DNA of 63,667 nt, filler included, from Octopus bimaculoides (taxonomy: Eukaryota), in the NCBI RefSeq assembly GCF_001194135.2. It is 7 parts of 6 records of this genome, joined end to end, with 100 filler letters (N's around TTAATTAATTAA, not from the genome) between each part and the next. Parts side by side here need not be neighbours in the genome. Positions count along the whole stretch, not along the records: positions 19,025 to 38,846 come from NC_068990.1; 6 more parts are not named here. One strand, given 5' to 3'. Within the stretch, counting starts at the first letter, position 1; the number at the start of each line of letters is the position of its first letter. Of the stretch, positions 24,830 to 37,544 are shown one piece after another. Position numbers and translations under genes: made by a program. The notes under the pieces were generated by a model. The model ran no database searches. It saw only the letters and a list, made by a program, of their open reading frames with translations, and had not been told where the DNA came from.

Positions 24830-25337
24830 TAGTGTATAGTGCTTGTGTCTATATACGTGTGTGTATGTATATATATATATGTGTGTGTGTGCATGTGTGT
24901 GTATATACAGACATTTCTGTGTGCGTGTGTGCGTGAGTGTTTGTTTGTAATTGACTGTTCTGTTATTGGTGGGTTCACCAAAAAGAAACTCCATCCAATA
25001 AGAGAAATATTTAACATATACAGGATTTAAATACGAGGTGCTATTAGTTTCATTCTGCGAAAACAATAAATTAGCAAGCAACATACTCTGTGTGTGTGTG
25101 TGTGTGTGTTTGTGTGTGTGTGTTTGTGTGTGTGTGCTTTATAAGCTCTCTGTTAACACAGGTCTTTCAGTTTTTCTCAACTGATCAATTGGCCGATTTA
25201 GTAAACCAATCAGTGAACAAAGAACCTATAATGTTTCTATAATAATCTATAATGTTTATCGAAAACAGTTGTATGTCAAATTTACTAAAACCAAACTATA
25301 TGTAATGATCATTATCTACATCTGGTCTCGTACAGCA

Positions 25338-25414
<77 letters not shown>

Positions 25415-25424
25415 CCAAATTCCA

Positions 25425-25540
25425 CCGAGGTCGACTTTGCCATTCATGCTTCTGGGGTTGATAAAATAAGTACCAGTTCAGTACCAAGGTAATGTAATCG
25501 ACTTAGCCTCTGTCCCCGAAAATGCTGGCCTTGAGCCAGC
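25425..25540 (+). mobile_element. SINE family C fragment (Meta/MESC-like domain)
   Basis: GAGGTCGACTTTGCCATTCATGCTTCTGGGGTTGATAAAATAAGTACCAG. Related copies near 27905 (-), 34520 (-), 36600, 39220, 43640. Confidence 0.55.
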
Positions 25541-26593
25541 AGTTTCTGAGGAGGGATAAAAAGTAAATTTTGAAACCAATATATCTATAAATTAACTATT
25601 GAGGTTAGAAGTGAATAACTAATAAATTAACGATTAAAATCACATAATTAATAGATAAATCAGTGCTAATTTATATGAGGAAATAAGAAATGTTAATTGC
25701 ACCCGTAGTGAGCAGAAGGATCAATTTATTTTTGGTCATGAAATACGTGGGAGACAACCCCGAAAATTGAAATAATTAAAACTAATCAGCAGCTGTTGTT
25801 CAACGACAGGTCACTCGTCATCGACAAAATGAATCTTCATCGAGTTTGAAGATGATTATTTAGTTGTTCGATCAAGTAAATCCTTATTGAATTGGTAACT
25901 GGTTGAGTATTCCACAGCTACGTGTATATTTAATACAATTCTCTGGTTGAATTTACGTGACATAGCATGCGACAAGGCTGGACTATTGTATTCCAAGTGC
26001 AATCCCTCTTTCAGGTTTCAACAAAGTTTCCGGCCATTCAAATTCACTCACAAAGCTTGAGTCGACGACTCGATACTATGATAAAAAGACATTTGTCAAG
26101 ATGTCACGCAGAGGTATCGAACACGAGGCTTCATAATTTCAAAGCGAATGGTTAAGAACGCTTTGAGATCAAAAGCATTCCTACAGTTTCCATGATGTGT
26201 TTTATCTACAATATCTAATATCTCACCTGTATTTAAGCCAGTCAGTTACTTGTAGTCTGAAGTAGATTTAACTGTTATTTCTTACAAACCAAGCAACCGT
26301 GTAGAAACGCTTTCGTTGACTCTGAGATATTTCAGTTATGTTGGGAAGCTCTGTGTAAGAAGTCTGGAAGTACATATGGCAGACTACAGAACGAGAAAAA
26401 CATCGAAGAAAGTAAAACTTTTAAATCACGAAGGAAAATCTTCAATCCCGTAAGACTTCGTTTTCGGTTGTCTTAACTTTTCTTTGCCAGATGTTTTGAC
26501 ATATTGCTCAACAGATGCCAACAAAAGAACCGCAGATGGTTTTTATTATCTCTTTTACCTCATATGTTCTGTCGGTCTGTCTGTCGTCTGTGC

Positions 26594-26654
<61 letters not shown>

Positions 26655-26844
26655 AGTTCACTTGTCGTTTTCTCTCTCTTTCTCTCTCTTCACCTGTTTG
26701 TCTGTCTATCAGTTAAGGCAATTTTCTGTCTACCTCTCCCACTTTCCGCTAACTCCAATTCTATTTCTGTCTTATTTACTTTTCCCATGGCTGCTATTGT
26801 CTCCAGCATACTTGCTCCTTGCATATTTCGTACATATTTCCATT

Positions 26845-26906
26845 TAATAATAATAATAATAATAATGATAATAATAATGATAATAATAATGATAATAATA
26901 ATAATG

Positions 26907-26962
<56 letters not shown>
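26845..26962. repeat. (AAT)n/(GAT)n microsatellite
   Basis: Long TAA repeat with occasional GAT. Confidence 0.95.
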
Positions 26963-26966
<4 letters not shown>

Positions 26967-27974
26967 GAAATCCAAACTAAAACTAGAACAGCAACGAACC
27001 ATGATAAAACGATGGCAAGAAAAGCCCCTACATGGTANNNNNNNNNNNNNNNNNNNNNNNNNNNNNNNNNNNNNNNNNNNNNNNNNNNNNNNNNNNNNNN
27101 NNNNNNNNNNNNNNNNNNNNNNNNNNNNNNNNNNNNNNNNNNNNNNNNNNNNNNNNNNNNNNNNNNNNNNNNNNNNNNNNNNNNNNNNNNNNNNNNNNNN
27201 NNNNNNNNNNNNNNNNNNNNNNNNNNNNNNNNNNNNNNNNNNNNNNNNNNNNNNNNNNNNNNNNNNNNNNNNNNNNNNNNNNNNNNNNNNNNNNNNNNNN
27301 NNNNNNNNNNNNNNNNNNNNNNNNNNNNNNNNNNNNNNNNNNNNNNNNNNNNNNNNNNNNNNNNNNNNNNNNNNNNNNNNNNNNNNNNNNNNNNNNNNNN
27401 NNNNNNNNNNNNNNNNNNNNNNNNNNNNNNNNNNNNNNNNNNNNNNNNNNNNNNNNNNNNNNNNNNNNNNNNNNNNNNNNNNNNNNNNNNNNNNNNNNNN
27501 NNNNNNNNNNNNNNNNNNNNNNNNNNNNNNNNNNNNNNNNNNNNNNNNNNNNNNNNNNNNNNNNNNNNNNNNNNNNNNNNNNNNNNNNNNNNNNNNNNNN
27601 NNNNNNNNNNNNNNNNNNNNNNNNNNNNNNNNNNNNNNNNNNNNNNNNNNNNNNNNNNNNNNNNNNNNNNNNNNNNNNNNNNNNNNNNNNNNNNNNNNNN
27701 NNNNNNNNNNNNNNNNNNNNNNNNNNNNNNNNNNNNNNNNNNNNNNNNNNNNNNNNNNNNNNNNNNNNNNNNNNNNNNNNNNNNNNNNNNNNNNNNNNNN
27801 NNNNNNNNNNNNNNNNNNNNNNNNNNNNNNNNNNNNNNNNNNNNNNNNNNNNNNNNNNNNNNNNNNNNNNNNNNNNNNNNNNNNNNNNNNNNNNNNNNNN
27901 NNNCAACTGGTACTTATTTTATCGACTCCGAAAGGATGAAAGGCAAAGTCGACCTCTTCTTCTTCTTCCTTTGA

Positions 27975-28580
27975 AGGAGGAAAGAGGTAGGTTGCGGGAA
28001 GATGTGCAAGGCGGAGGGGTCAGACTGTTGTCGCCGGAAGGTTCAGAGAATAGTGCGTTGGAGAGGCAGGGTGGAGGGGTGGTAGGTGCGGGGAAACGAG
28101 AGACGGGTTAACGGTGGAGGGGGTGCGGGGAAAGAGAGAGCAGAAGCATGGTCCACGGAACGTGCTCTGGTAAGGGCGGTGTGGATAGTGGTGAGGCGAT
28201 ATCCACGAAGGACGAAGTGGCGAGCCATGAGTTGAGACATGGTTGTCACTGCAGAGCCTGCGCAGAAGGAGGAGGAGTTGGGAGCTTGGTATGGGTAGAA
28301 TGGGAGAAGGAGAAGTTAAGGAAGGATAGTGATTCGGTGTTTGTAGTGGATGGAGGTAGTGAGAACGAAGTGGTGTATGCTAACAGAAATATGGAGGAAT
28401 GCGCAAGATGGAAAGATTGGACAAAAGTGCAGAGGAAATCTAATTGTTCGCGGTAGACTGATGTCGCGCCGATACAGTCATCCGTATAACGACCGTATAG
28501 TTCGGGAGTGGGAGCAGTGAATCGTGAGAATATTTGGGCCTCTACGTAACCAACGAACAGGTTCGCATAGTTGGGCCCAT
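27975..28580 (-). mobile_element. Penelope-like reverse transcriptase C-terminal remnant
   Basis: GPNYANLFVGYVEAQIF...GRYTDDCIG (YxDD), SLSFL, MARHFVLRGY..TIHTALTRAR, RTYHP: PLE RT motifs 5-7 and thumb. Confidence 0.85.
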
Positions 28581-28589
28581 TCTTTATAT

Positions 28590-28805
28590 ACTCTTTTACT
28601 CTTTTTACTCTTTTACTTGATTCAGTCATTTGACTCAAGAACACTCTCCAGGATACACACGACACGCTTCTTTCAGTTTCCGTCCACCAAATCTACTAAT
28701 GAGGTTTTGGTCGGCCCGTGGTTATGGTAGAAAACACTTGCCCAAGGTGTCACGCAGTGGGACTGAACTCGGAAACATGTGGTTCGAAGCAAGCTTCTTA
28801 TTACA
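28590..28805 (-). mobile_element. SINE family B (internally deleted copy)
   Basis: CTTTTACTTGATTCAGTCATTTGACT...CACTTGCCCAAGGTGTCACGCAGTGGGACTGAAC. Confidence 0.75.
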
Positions 28806-28835
28806 GAGAAAGCAAGAAAGAAAGAAAGTGAGAGA

Positions 28836-28875
<40 letters not shown>

Positions 28876-28900
28876 CTGTAAGTGAGATGGAGGGAGAGAA

Positions 28901-28939
<39 letters not shown>

Positions 28940-29774
28940 AAGAGAGACTGTAAGTGAGATGGAGAGAGAGCGAGAAAGAGAGAGAGAGAGTGTGTGTGGG
29001 AGAGAGGGGGAGTTAAAGTGGGGGGCGGTGTGTGGTAGAACTGTTTAAGCTTCGAAAAGAATGCCTTGCGCACTACTTCTTCCGGTTCTTTATGCTCTAA
29101 CTTCGAATGCTACTGAGGCCAGCTTTGTCTTCATCATTTCGTGGTCGACTAATAAATTATCTGTCAGGTACAGGGGTCGTCGATGTAATCAACTGATATC
29201 TCATCCCCTCAAAATTTCTGGCCGTTTGCTTAAATCACACACCATTAGGAAACAAACTGTTGATAGACTGGTTTTTTTTATTCTAGTTTGAAATTAAAAG
29301 TACTTCATTTATATTATTTATATATTCAATAATAGTGGAGTACTGCGAACGTACTAATTTAAACTGCTTTCACCTTCATTTGTAAATAAGAAATAACAGT
29401 TGAAAAATAATGACCGATAAAAAGAATCAAAGGGAGATGATTTATATGAAATAGCATTAAGGAAATATTTGGGTAAGAGTTATCTCCCTTGCTAAGTTTC
29501 ACTTCGGTTGAATAAATTTATGTATGTCGTGTGCGATCATAAATTTTCCAATCAGAGAATTCCTCTCCACTCGCAGACTTTGTAAAGGATATTTTTTAAA
29601 TGAAAGATCATCAGTAACGAACTAAATATACCTTGGCCACCAGAGTTGTCGCAAATCTTGTTGCCAAAAATCAAAGTCACGGATACTATATGCTGCAGAA
29701 CAACTCGTACGATGCTCTGTTGATTTCACCAATTCATCCACCCATCCCATCTTTGGCTAATATTTTATTTACTC

Positions 29775-30111
29775 TATTGCTCTTTTACTCTTTTACTTGT
29801 TTCAGTCATTTGACTGTGGCCATGCTGGAGCACCACCTTTAGCCGAGGAAATCGACCCCAGGACTTATCCTTTGGAAGCCTGGTACTTATTCTATCGGTC
29901 TCTTTTGCCGAACCGCTAAGTTACGGGGACGTAAACACACCAGCATCGGTTGTCAAGCGATGTTGGGGGGACAGACACAGACACACAAACATATACACAT
30001 ACACACACACACACACATATATATACATACATACATATATACGACGGGCTTCTTTCAGTTTCTGTCTACCAAATCCACTCACAAGGCTTTGGTCGGCCCG
30101 AGGCTATAGTA
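29775..30111 (-). mobile_element. SINE family B, runs into a gap
   Basis: TTTCAGTCATTTGACTGTGGCCATGCTGGAGCACC...internal (CA)n...GCTTTGGTCGGCCCGAGGCTATAGT. Confidence 0.85.
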
Positions 30112-30584
30112 NNNNNNNNNNNNNNNNNNNNNNNNNNNNNNNNNNNNNNNNNNNNNNNNNNNNNNNNNNNNNNNNNNNNNNNNNNNNNNNNNNNNNNNNN
30201 NNNNNNNNNNNNNNNNNNNNNNNNNNNNNNNNNNNNNNNNNNNNNNNNNNNNNNNNNNNNNNNNNNNNNNNNNNNNNNNNNNNNNNNNNNNNNNNNNNNN
30301 NNNNNNNNNNNNNNNNNNNNNNNNNNNNNNNNNNNNNNNNNNNNNNNNNNNNNNNNNNNNNNNNNNNNNNNNNNNNNNNNNNNNNNNNNNNNNNNNNNNN
30401 NNNNNNNNNNNNNNNNNNNNNNNNNNNNNNNNNNNNNNNNNNNNNNNNNNNNNNNNNNNNNNNNNNNNNNNNNNNNNNNNNNNNNNNNNNNNNNNNNNNN
30501 NNNNNNNNNNNNNNNNNNNNNNNNNNNNNNNNNNNNNNNNNNNNNNNNNGGGGGGGGGGCAAGGGTTTAAAAATCACCATTTTT

Positions 30585-30975
30585 ATCTTTTACGTGTTTT
30601 AGTCATTAGACTGCGGCCATGCTGGGGCACCGTCCTGAAGAATTTTAGTCGAACCAATCGACCCAGTAGTTCTCATTCTAGTGGTCTCTTTTACCGAAGC
30701 GCTATGTTACAAGGATGCCAACAAACCAACATCAGTTTTCAAGCGGTGGTAGGGGCACAAACAACACAAACACACACACACATACATACATATATGGATA
30801 TATATATCTTTATAAGACGGGCTTCTTTCAGTTTCCATTTACCAAATTCACTCACAAAGCTTTTAGCCAGCCCGGGATTACAGTATATACTTACCCAAGG
30901 CGCCGCACAATGGGACTGAACCCAAAACCATATGGTTGGGAAGCAAGCTTTTTACCCTCACAACCACACCTGTAG
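30585..30975 (-). mobile_element. SINE family B
   Basis: Same motifs as 29775-30111, with tRNA-like head (GGGACTGAACCC is the B-box complement). Confidence 0.8.
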
Positions 30976-31227
30976 GAAATTAGATATAAACGACGGGAAG
31001 AAAGAGAGAAAGAAAGGTAACTAGAAAAGTACACGAGAGAACAAAATTTAATACCATCCGGATTAACTTCATCACTTAGTGTTTTGGGATATCTTCGGAG
31101 GAGTTCACTCCGTAGCAAAGAAACTCAGACCTGGTCTTCGCTTCGTGGCTATTTTCCTCTCCATCTTGGAGACACTAAACGATGAACACTGGCTTCTGTC
31201 TTGGCTAAAAAGGTGTAAGTAATATTT

Positions 31228-31291
31228 GGAAGTGCAATGAGAGAGGGTAATAATAGTAAGAGAGAAAGAGAGTAAGGGAGACAGATGAAGA

Positions 31292-31323
<32 letters not shown>

Positions 31324-31590
31324 AAGAGGGAGCGTGAGAAGAAAAGGGAGAAACAGAAAGATGGAGAGAAACAGAGGAAGTAAGAAAGGGAAGAGGAAAG
31401 AGAGGAAGAGATGAGTAGAAAGATAAGGAAAGAAATTGAGAGACGGAGGAGAGAGGGTGAGAGGGAGTGAGAAAAGGAGAGAGATGAAAATAGAGAAAGA
31501 GAGAGGTGAGAGAAAGAGAAAGAAAGAGAGGGGGAATAGGAGAAAAGAAGAGAAAAAAAGGAAAGAGAGCGAGGGAAGGAAAGGTTGAGC
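31228..31590. repeat. (GA)-rich polypurine tract upstream of PRCC
   Basis: About 360 bp G/A tract ending about 160 bp before the PRCC ATG. Confidence 0.85.
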
Positions 31591-31749
31591 AAATAACTTA
31601 GAGAAGCCATTTTCAAGTGAGAATTAGGTTAAAGACGGAAATAGCAGAAGGAGAGTAAAGACAAGGGAGATAAGCAGTTTGTCGAACTAGGATTATCGTC
31701 CTTGGCAGCGATTCACTTGTTTACGAAATCGGAATTCTAAACACAAAAT

Positions 31750-31993
31750 ATGTCTTTGGTAGGTTATGGTTCCAGTGATAGTAGCGGCAGCAGTGATGAA
31801 GAAGATAACCATCTACCCCCATCAGGTGAACAAAAGAGAACCAATGCTGCCAGTGGTGTGTCTAAAATTGAATCTAAACCTCAGAATGGTATGGAAGAAC
31901 AGCAAAAGGCAATAATTAACGGCACCAAATCGGACAATGTTTCTGTTGATGACGAAGAGGAAGACGGCCTACGTGGAAATAATTTGTTTAAAG
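31750..31993 (+). CDS. PRCC: PRCC (proline-rich mitotic checkpoint control factor) orthologue, coding exon 1
   Basis: MSLVGYGSSDSSGSSDEED matches the PRCC start MSLVAYASSDES. Ends NLFK+G with donor AAG|GTAATA, phase 1. Confidence 0.85.
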
Positions 31994-33963
31994 GTAATAT
32001 GCGTTATGTAATATGGGTCTGTTTCTGTTTAAATACGACGCTCTTTGTTTGAAAAAGAGGGAGATCTTTTATGGAGAAATTTAATTTGTTTGAAATCGCA
32101 GATAAATATTTCTGAAATCGCACTCTGTTGTTTTATAAATAATAAATAATAAATAACACATCGGACAATGTGGTCTTAAATACAGAATATTTAAAACAAA
32201 CAGAAAGCAAAAAATATATAGGATAGACTTAGTTTACACGCTAATGACAATATGTTTGTGAAATCAGGGCTAATCTTCAGGTACAAAGCGAAATTAAAAG
32301 CACTGACACAGGAGAATAACAATGACAACAATATATTATACATACATATGAGTATTATAAAACATTCTGGCTCAGTCCTTGAAATTCAGCTCGTTACGAA
32401 TACATAGATATTGAAGCAATATTCTAAAATATATTTGATCATAAGTTTGCTTAATTAAAGCTGAACTCGGGGCTAAACACCCGCAACAACAATAACAACA
32501 ACCGATACATATTTTGTCGTCTTCGGAAAGTATGGAAGAGTTATAAGTGACTTCGGTTGGATTTGAACTTACAGTTAGGCGAAACTAAATACTATCTGCC
32601 CTATGACAGTTTATTTCAGTTATTTAATCTCATTAAGATAATAATAATTATGATTTTCTTTTACGCATATACTCTCCATTAAAAAATCTGATTTGTTTTA
32701 GAAGATCATAAAAGAATTGAAGCAGTGGTAATTTGAAACCACGTCAAGTGGGTTGTTGAATTGTTTTGGCGAAGTTTTGGAATAGCTTATCTCTACTTGA
32801 TGGGGAAGGAAAAACACATAGAACTGAATATTGTTATTTTATTCTATGTTATTTATTCCTGTGTTTCATACAACGGAAATTACAGTTGTGAAAGAACCCC
32901 TTCCTCCCCATAAATTGTTACTTTTCTTTACATTTTTACTCCTCCCGTAATCTCGTGCTATATTCATTCTTTCCTCTTTCCCCGTGAAATAACGACGTTG
33001 GCTATATTTCAAAACTCTGCCATCGTTTTCGTTTCTTTTTTGGAGAGCTGCTCCGTCTAAGGAACTGATTCTGCCCCCCCCCCACACCTCCTTAGAATAA
33101 GTGTAAGGTGAACAACTTCGATGGACTGTTTAAAAGTTCTTTGTCCTTGTCCCCACTTCTCGAAACACATCTATTTTTTTCCATATTTAATATAACGGGA
33201 CGAATATTAACAATATTATCAGAATGGAATTTCCTCTACGTCAATTTACTCCCCAGCCACTTTGCCACGAATCATAGAACGTGGGTCCTTCGATGTTCCT
33301 TACATTTTGCTTCCTGTAAATAAAGAAAACAATTTTGTTAAAAGATTGGTTGCTATTCTCTAAATAAAAGTTGTTCCCCTTCGATGAACGTGGACATTGG
33401 GGTGATGGTAGTAGGGGTATGTTGGACAAAATGCATAATGTCATTTGCTCTGCTTTTTTACATTCTGAACGCTCAGTTAAGTGTGGCAAATTTGTCTACA
33501 TTTGTTATTAACTTCAGATCTCTCATCAAACGTATCCCAGCAGTGATAACTACATCGTATATTCAGGCTCATTGCATCTAGGATTTTTGTTTAAGACGGT
33601 AGAGTGTGATGTAAAGAAGGTTTTGTTGCTACTTCTAGCGTGTTGATCAACCATGTGGAGGTTCCAACATTCGTTCATGTTATTGTAAGTGTTGTTGGGG
33701 ATGCAGTGTTGATGTTGATGGAAGTTAACTCATATCTGAGTACGACCACTTCTTAGACACAGATAAGCACTTACCAAAGTGATAAGCACTTACCAAAGAA
33801 GACATAACTGCACAGGATGGCCTGAGAATTGCAACTGCTCTATCTATTCTGTACCTGCTGCATGCTCTCAGGAATACAGAAACTACAGAAGTAGTGGTTT
33901 TCATTGTTGCCAGAAGTTTGCTTATCTAATTTAGACCTTTATTATTCACACGGTGACATTTAT

Positions 33964-34138
33964 AAAGCACCCAGCACACTCTGTTGAGTGGTTGGCTTTA
34001 GGAAGGGCATCCGGCCTTAGAAACCATGCCACAACAGACAGTTGGTGTCTGGACAGCTTCCTGCTAACCAGCTCCATGTCAAACCATCCAACCCATACCA
34101 GCATGGAGACCAGATATTAAAGTGATGTTGATGATGAT
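33964..34138 (+). mobile_element. Family A RTE-tail/SINE, older copy, PRCC intron 1
   Basis: GGTTGGCTTTAGGAAGGGCATCC...CCAACCCATACCAGCATGG...GATGATGAT tail. Confidence 0.75.
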
Positions 34139-34154
34139 TTGTTTCTCTATTCAA

Positions 34155-34430
34155 CATCATCATCAACATCATCATCGCTTAACGTCCGCTTTCCATGCTA
34201 GCAAGGGTTGCCCGATTTGACTGGGGACTGGCAAGCCAGAAGGCTGCACCAGGCTCCAATCTGATCTGGCAGAGTTTCTACAGCTGGATTTCCTTCCTAA
34301 CGCCAACCACTCTGAGAGTGTAGTGCGTGCTTTTACGTGTCACTGGCATGGGGGCCAGTCACACGGTACTGGCAATGACCTCGCTCAAAAGGTGTTTTTT
34401 ACGTGCCACCTGCCCGGGAGCCAGTCCAAT
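34155..34430 (-). mobile_element. Family A RTE-tail/SINE, PRCC intron 1
   Basis: (CAT)n-CGCTTAACGTCCGCTTTCCATGCTAGC...TCCTAACGCCAACC. Confidence 0.85.
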
Positions 34431-34759
34431 GTTGGCTGATATTTCTTACAGGCTCAGTCAGACAAAAAGCTTTGAGCGTATTTTCTGAATTCACTCCCTA
34501 CATTGGTTAACTTTAATTTTTCTTATCCTTTCAAGGTCGATAAATAAATTACTATTCTGGTGGACTGAGGGAGTCATTTGAGGATTGGACTGATTGCCAT
34601 GTGGTATTTGTTCTGCTTCTTTGCATGCTGAGTTCAAATCCTGCCTTATTGGGGGTGGGCATAACACTCTCCTCCCCACTTCCTGATTCTTCAGTACCTT
34701 CAGCAGTATTCTGGCCCACAAGTTTGTCGTCTCTTCTCTCTCTGTCTTTCATATCCCTA

Positions 34760-34985
34760 CTATAATGGCCTCTGCTCTTTGGAGCTGGCTGGTCTTGTAC
34801 CTACCTCTACCACCCTTTCCACTCATCTCTCCACCTTTTGGTAGCCTAGGTTTCTCTACCAACTGCTCTATCCAATCCTTCATCTCCAGAACATTTGCCT
34901 TCTGGAATCCGTTCCCTGCTCACATATTTCTTTCAGCACTTTAAGAAGAATATTAACAATATGAATGTCACTGATCTTTGAAGGA
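34760..34985 (+). mobile_element. LINE 3' fragment (CR1/L2/Jockey-group-like)
   Basis: NGLCSLELAGLVP...SFISRTFAFWNPFPAHIF resembles the SF.PRT..LWN.LP C-terminal motif of APE-LINEs. Confidence 0.4.
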
Positions 34986-35261
34986 CCGCATGGGTCATGA
35001 GCTTTGCTTCTTCCTCCTGACTCAGCAAATAAAAAAGAAAATCACTATTTGGGCTGGGGTCTCCAGTTTGGGTGTACCTTCTTCCTGCCTATTTTTTCTC
35101 TTGTTTTGAGGCCCTGTAATAGGTACTGCTCCTTTACCAAAAGCTAAAAAATTAAAAAACAAAAACTAAAAAAAGAAACTAAAAGAAAAAAACAAACTAA
35201 ATTACATTTGAACCATGATGAAGTCATGTGACTTTAATATTTCTTTATTTCCATTTGACAG

Positions 35262-35425
35262 TTCTACCAAAGCCGCAGCAGAAACAAACAACGAATGATG
35301 AAATATCTGAAGGAGATCTGGAAGATATTGTCAAACCAAAATCTTCGCAGATAACAAGTTTACCAAAACCTTTACCATTGCTAAAAGGTTCTCATGTGAA
35401 AATCACTATTCCGGCATTGGATTCA
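35262..35425 (+). CDS. PRCC: PRCC coding exon 2
   Basis: Acceptor TTTGACAG|, donor TCA|GTGAGT. (V)LPKPQ...SLPKPLPLLKGSHVKITIPALDS. 164 nt completes the phase-1 codon and ends in phase 0. Aligns with PRCC LPKPKKRKEPVKIAAP. Confidence 0.85.
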
Positions 35426-35601
35426 GTGAGTTTAGAGTTTTTAAAACTTTTTTACTCCTTACTATAAAACTCCACCTCTCTCTCTCCCTCTAACTGCCAC
35501 ACCTTGGATGTGTTACTTGATCAAATGACAGAAGAGTGAAGAATTGTATCTGTGTCTGCATGCAACTATATAGGTGTCTAAAACAAGTACAAGTCATGGT
35601 T

Positions 35602-35958
35602 CGGGATGGCACCTGTGCCTAGCGTCGCCTTTCTGGCACTTGTGCCCGTGGCATATGTAAGGATTTTTGAGCGAGATCGTTGCCAGTGCCCCTGGACTGG
35701 CTCTTGTGTGGGTGGCACATAAAATACACCATTTTGAGCATGGCTGTTGCCAGTATCGCTTGACTGGCCTTCGTGCCGGTGACACGTAAAAGCACCTACT
35801 ACACTCTCAGAGTGGTTGGCGTTAGGAAGGGCATCCAGCTGTAGAAACTCTGCCAAATCAGATTGGAGCCTGGTGTAGCCTTCGGGTTCCACCAGTCCTC
35901 AGTCAAATCGTCCAACCCATGCTAGCATGGAAAGCGGATGTTAAACGATGATGATGAT
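35602..35958 (+). mobile_element. Family A RTE-tail/SINE, PRCC intron 2
   Basis: About 355 bp ending AAACGATGATGATGAT. Reverse complement of 37673-38033. Confidence 0.9.
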
Positions 35959-36298
35959 ATATAGTTTTTGGCGAGTATGTGGGTGAGCATGTGTGTGTTT
36001 CAAGCGAGGGTGGTTTAGTATATACATATAGGCGAATGTATGGATTGGTGCGTTTACGCGAACACTATAGACTTTTCTACTCCCTTACCTTTACCCCTTC
36101 CCCTTACTTAGCGGTCATTCTAATAGCTCTTTTGTCTTAATAACGGTCAACCACACAGTAATTTCCCTTTGTTTAACGGTCATTTTTCACAGGAATTTTC
36201 AATGGCTGGATAACTGAAGAGATGTTGGCGTGGACTCCCACCCCGGCATCCAAAACTCGGAGTTTTATCATGGCTACCAAATAAGTGTCTCATATTTT

Positions 36299-36349
<51 letters not shown>

Positions 36350-36774
36350 ATGATTGTATTTAGTTTCAGTTTCTTTTCAATCTACCAAATTCACTCACAA
36401 GAATTTGGGGCTATAGTAACAGGCATTTGCACTATGCAGTGGGACTGGACCCCAAACTACATACTACATGGTTTGGAGAAGTGAATTTCTCTATCACAAA
36501 CCCTGTTAGTAACTAGTTGACCCCGTGGATATTACATGCTTAAATTAGAAACAGCCACCAAGTATCAAAGATCAATGTGGCATTCTAAGTTCAAATCTCC
36601 TGAGTTCGCCTTTGCTTTTTCTCTTTTTGTGGGTCAGTAAAATAAGTACCGGTCAAGCACTGGAGTTGGTGTAATTGACTTAACCAATACCCTTGAAACA
36701 TTTCTGGCCTAGTACCAAAATTTGAAAATTGTTATTATTGTTCTTATTAAGTGTTATTATTTTGATAATTTCAG

Positions 36775-36822
36775 GATTCAGATGAGGAAGAAGTGGTTAC
36801 AAAGAAAAAAATGAAGTTCTCG
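36775..36822 (+). CDS. PRCC: PRCC coding exon 3 (48 nt)
   Basis: TTTCAG|GAT...TCG|GTGAGT. DSDEEEVVTKKKMKFS matches PRCC DSDSEEDEPTKKK. Phase 0-0. Confidence 0.85.
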
Positions 36823-37004
36823 GTGAGTTTTATTTATTTGCTTACTTAATAGTCATCTCAAAATCAATTACATTTAATTTACTATTAATCTGTTATAAGT
36901 TTAACAAACTTTTATGTTTTATGTTTAAGTTTAATGAACTTTATATGACTTCTGTAATTTCTATTTCTTAATTATTTGATTATTTCTCTCTCATATATTT
37001 AAAG

Positions 37005-37463
37005 GGCAAATGCCGTTTGTTGGATATCCTTCCTCCCCCGAAACACATTTCTGTGAAACAAAGCAACCGGACATTTATACCCTACACCCTAAACAAAAGA
37101 CCCGAAGCAGCAGAAAGTGCAACAAAGAAACCCCCGTCGAGTTCCGTATCGAAGAAGCCAGCAGTTAAGAAAAGTATCCTTGGTGTAACTGGTTATAACA
37201 GCGATGATGATGATGACGATGATGACAGCAATGTCAACAGTTCAAATTTTTTCTCTCTGGACTCAAAACCCCAAATACCCCGACAGACAGGCGGATCATT
37301 CACCCAACCCTCAGCCACCATTTCTTCTACCATCACTTCTACTTTCCATTCCCTTTCTTCCATTCCTTCAGTTCCTTGGCAACAAACTACAGTCTCTCCA
37401 CATGTGCCATCTGCCACTGATGTCATGGAAAAGAACTACGCAGAATATTACGTGCAGCCTGAA
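37005..37463 (+). CDS. PRCC: PRCC coding exon 4 (459 nt)
   Basis: TTTAAAG|GGC...GAA|GTAAGT. LLDILPPPKHISVKQSNRTFIPYTLNKRP matches PRCC LSALLPQPKNLTVKETNRLLLPHAFSRKP. Acidic run plus NFFSL is conserved. Phase 0-0. Confidence 0.88.
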
Positions 37464-37500
37464 GTAAGTAGCTTTATTTCAACTTTAATTCTGGTGTAGT

Positions 37501-37535
<35 letters not shown>

Positions 37536-37544
37536 CAACAACAT

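Noticed and set aside
31750-32052. Single-exon 100-aa ORF as a complete gene
   Set aside because: The donor at 31994 and phase-compatible downstream exons show that the last ~19 codons are intronic.
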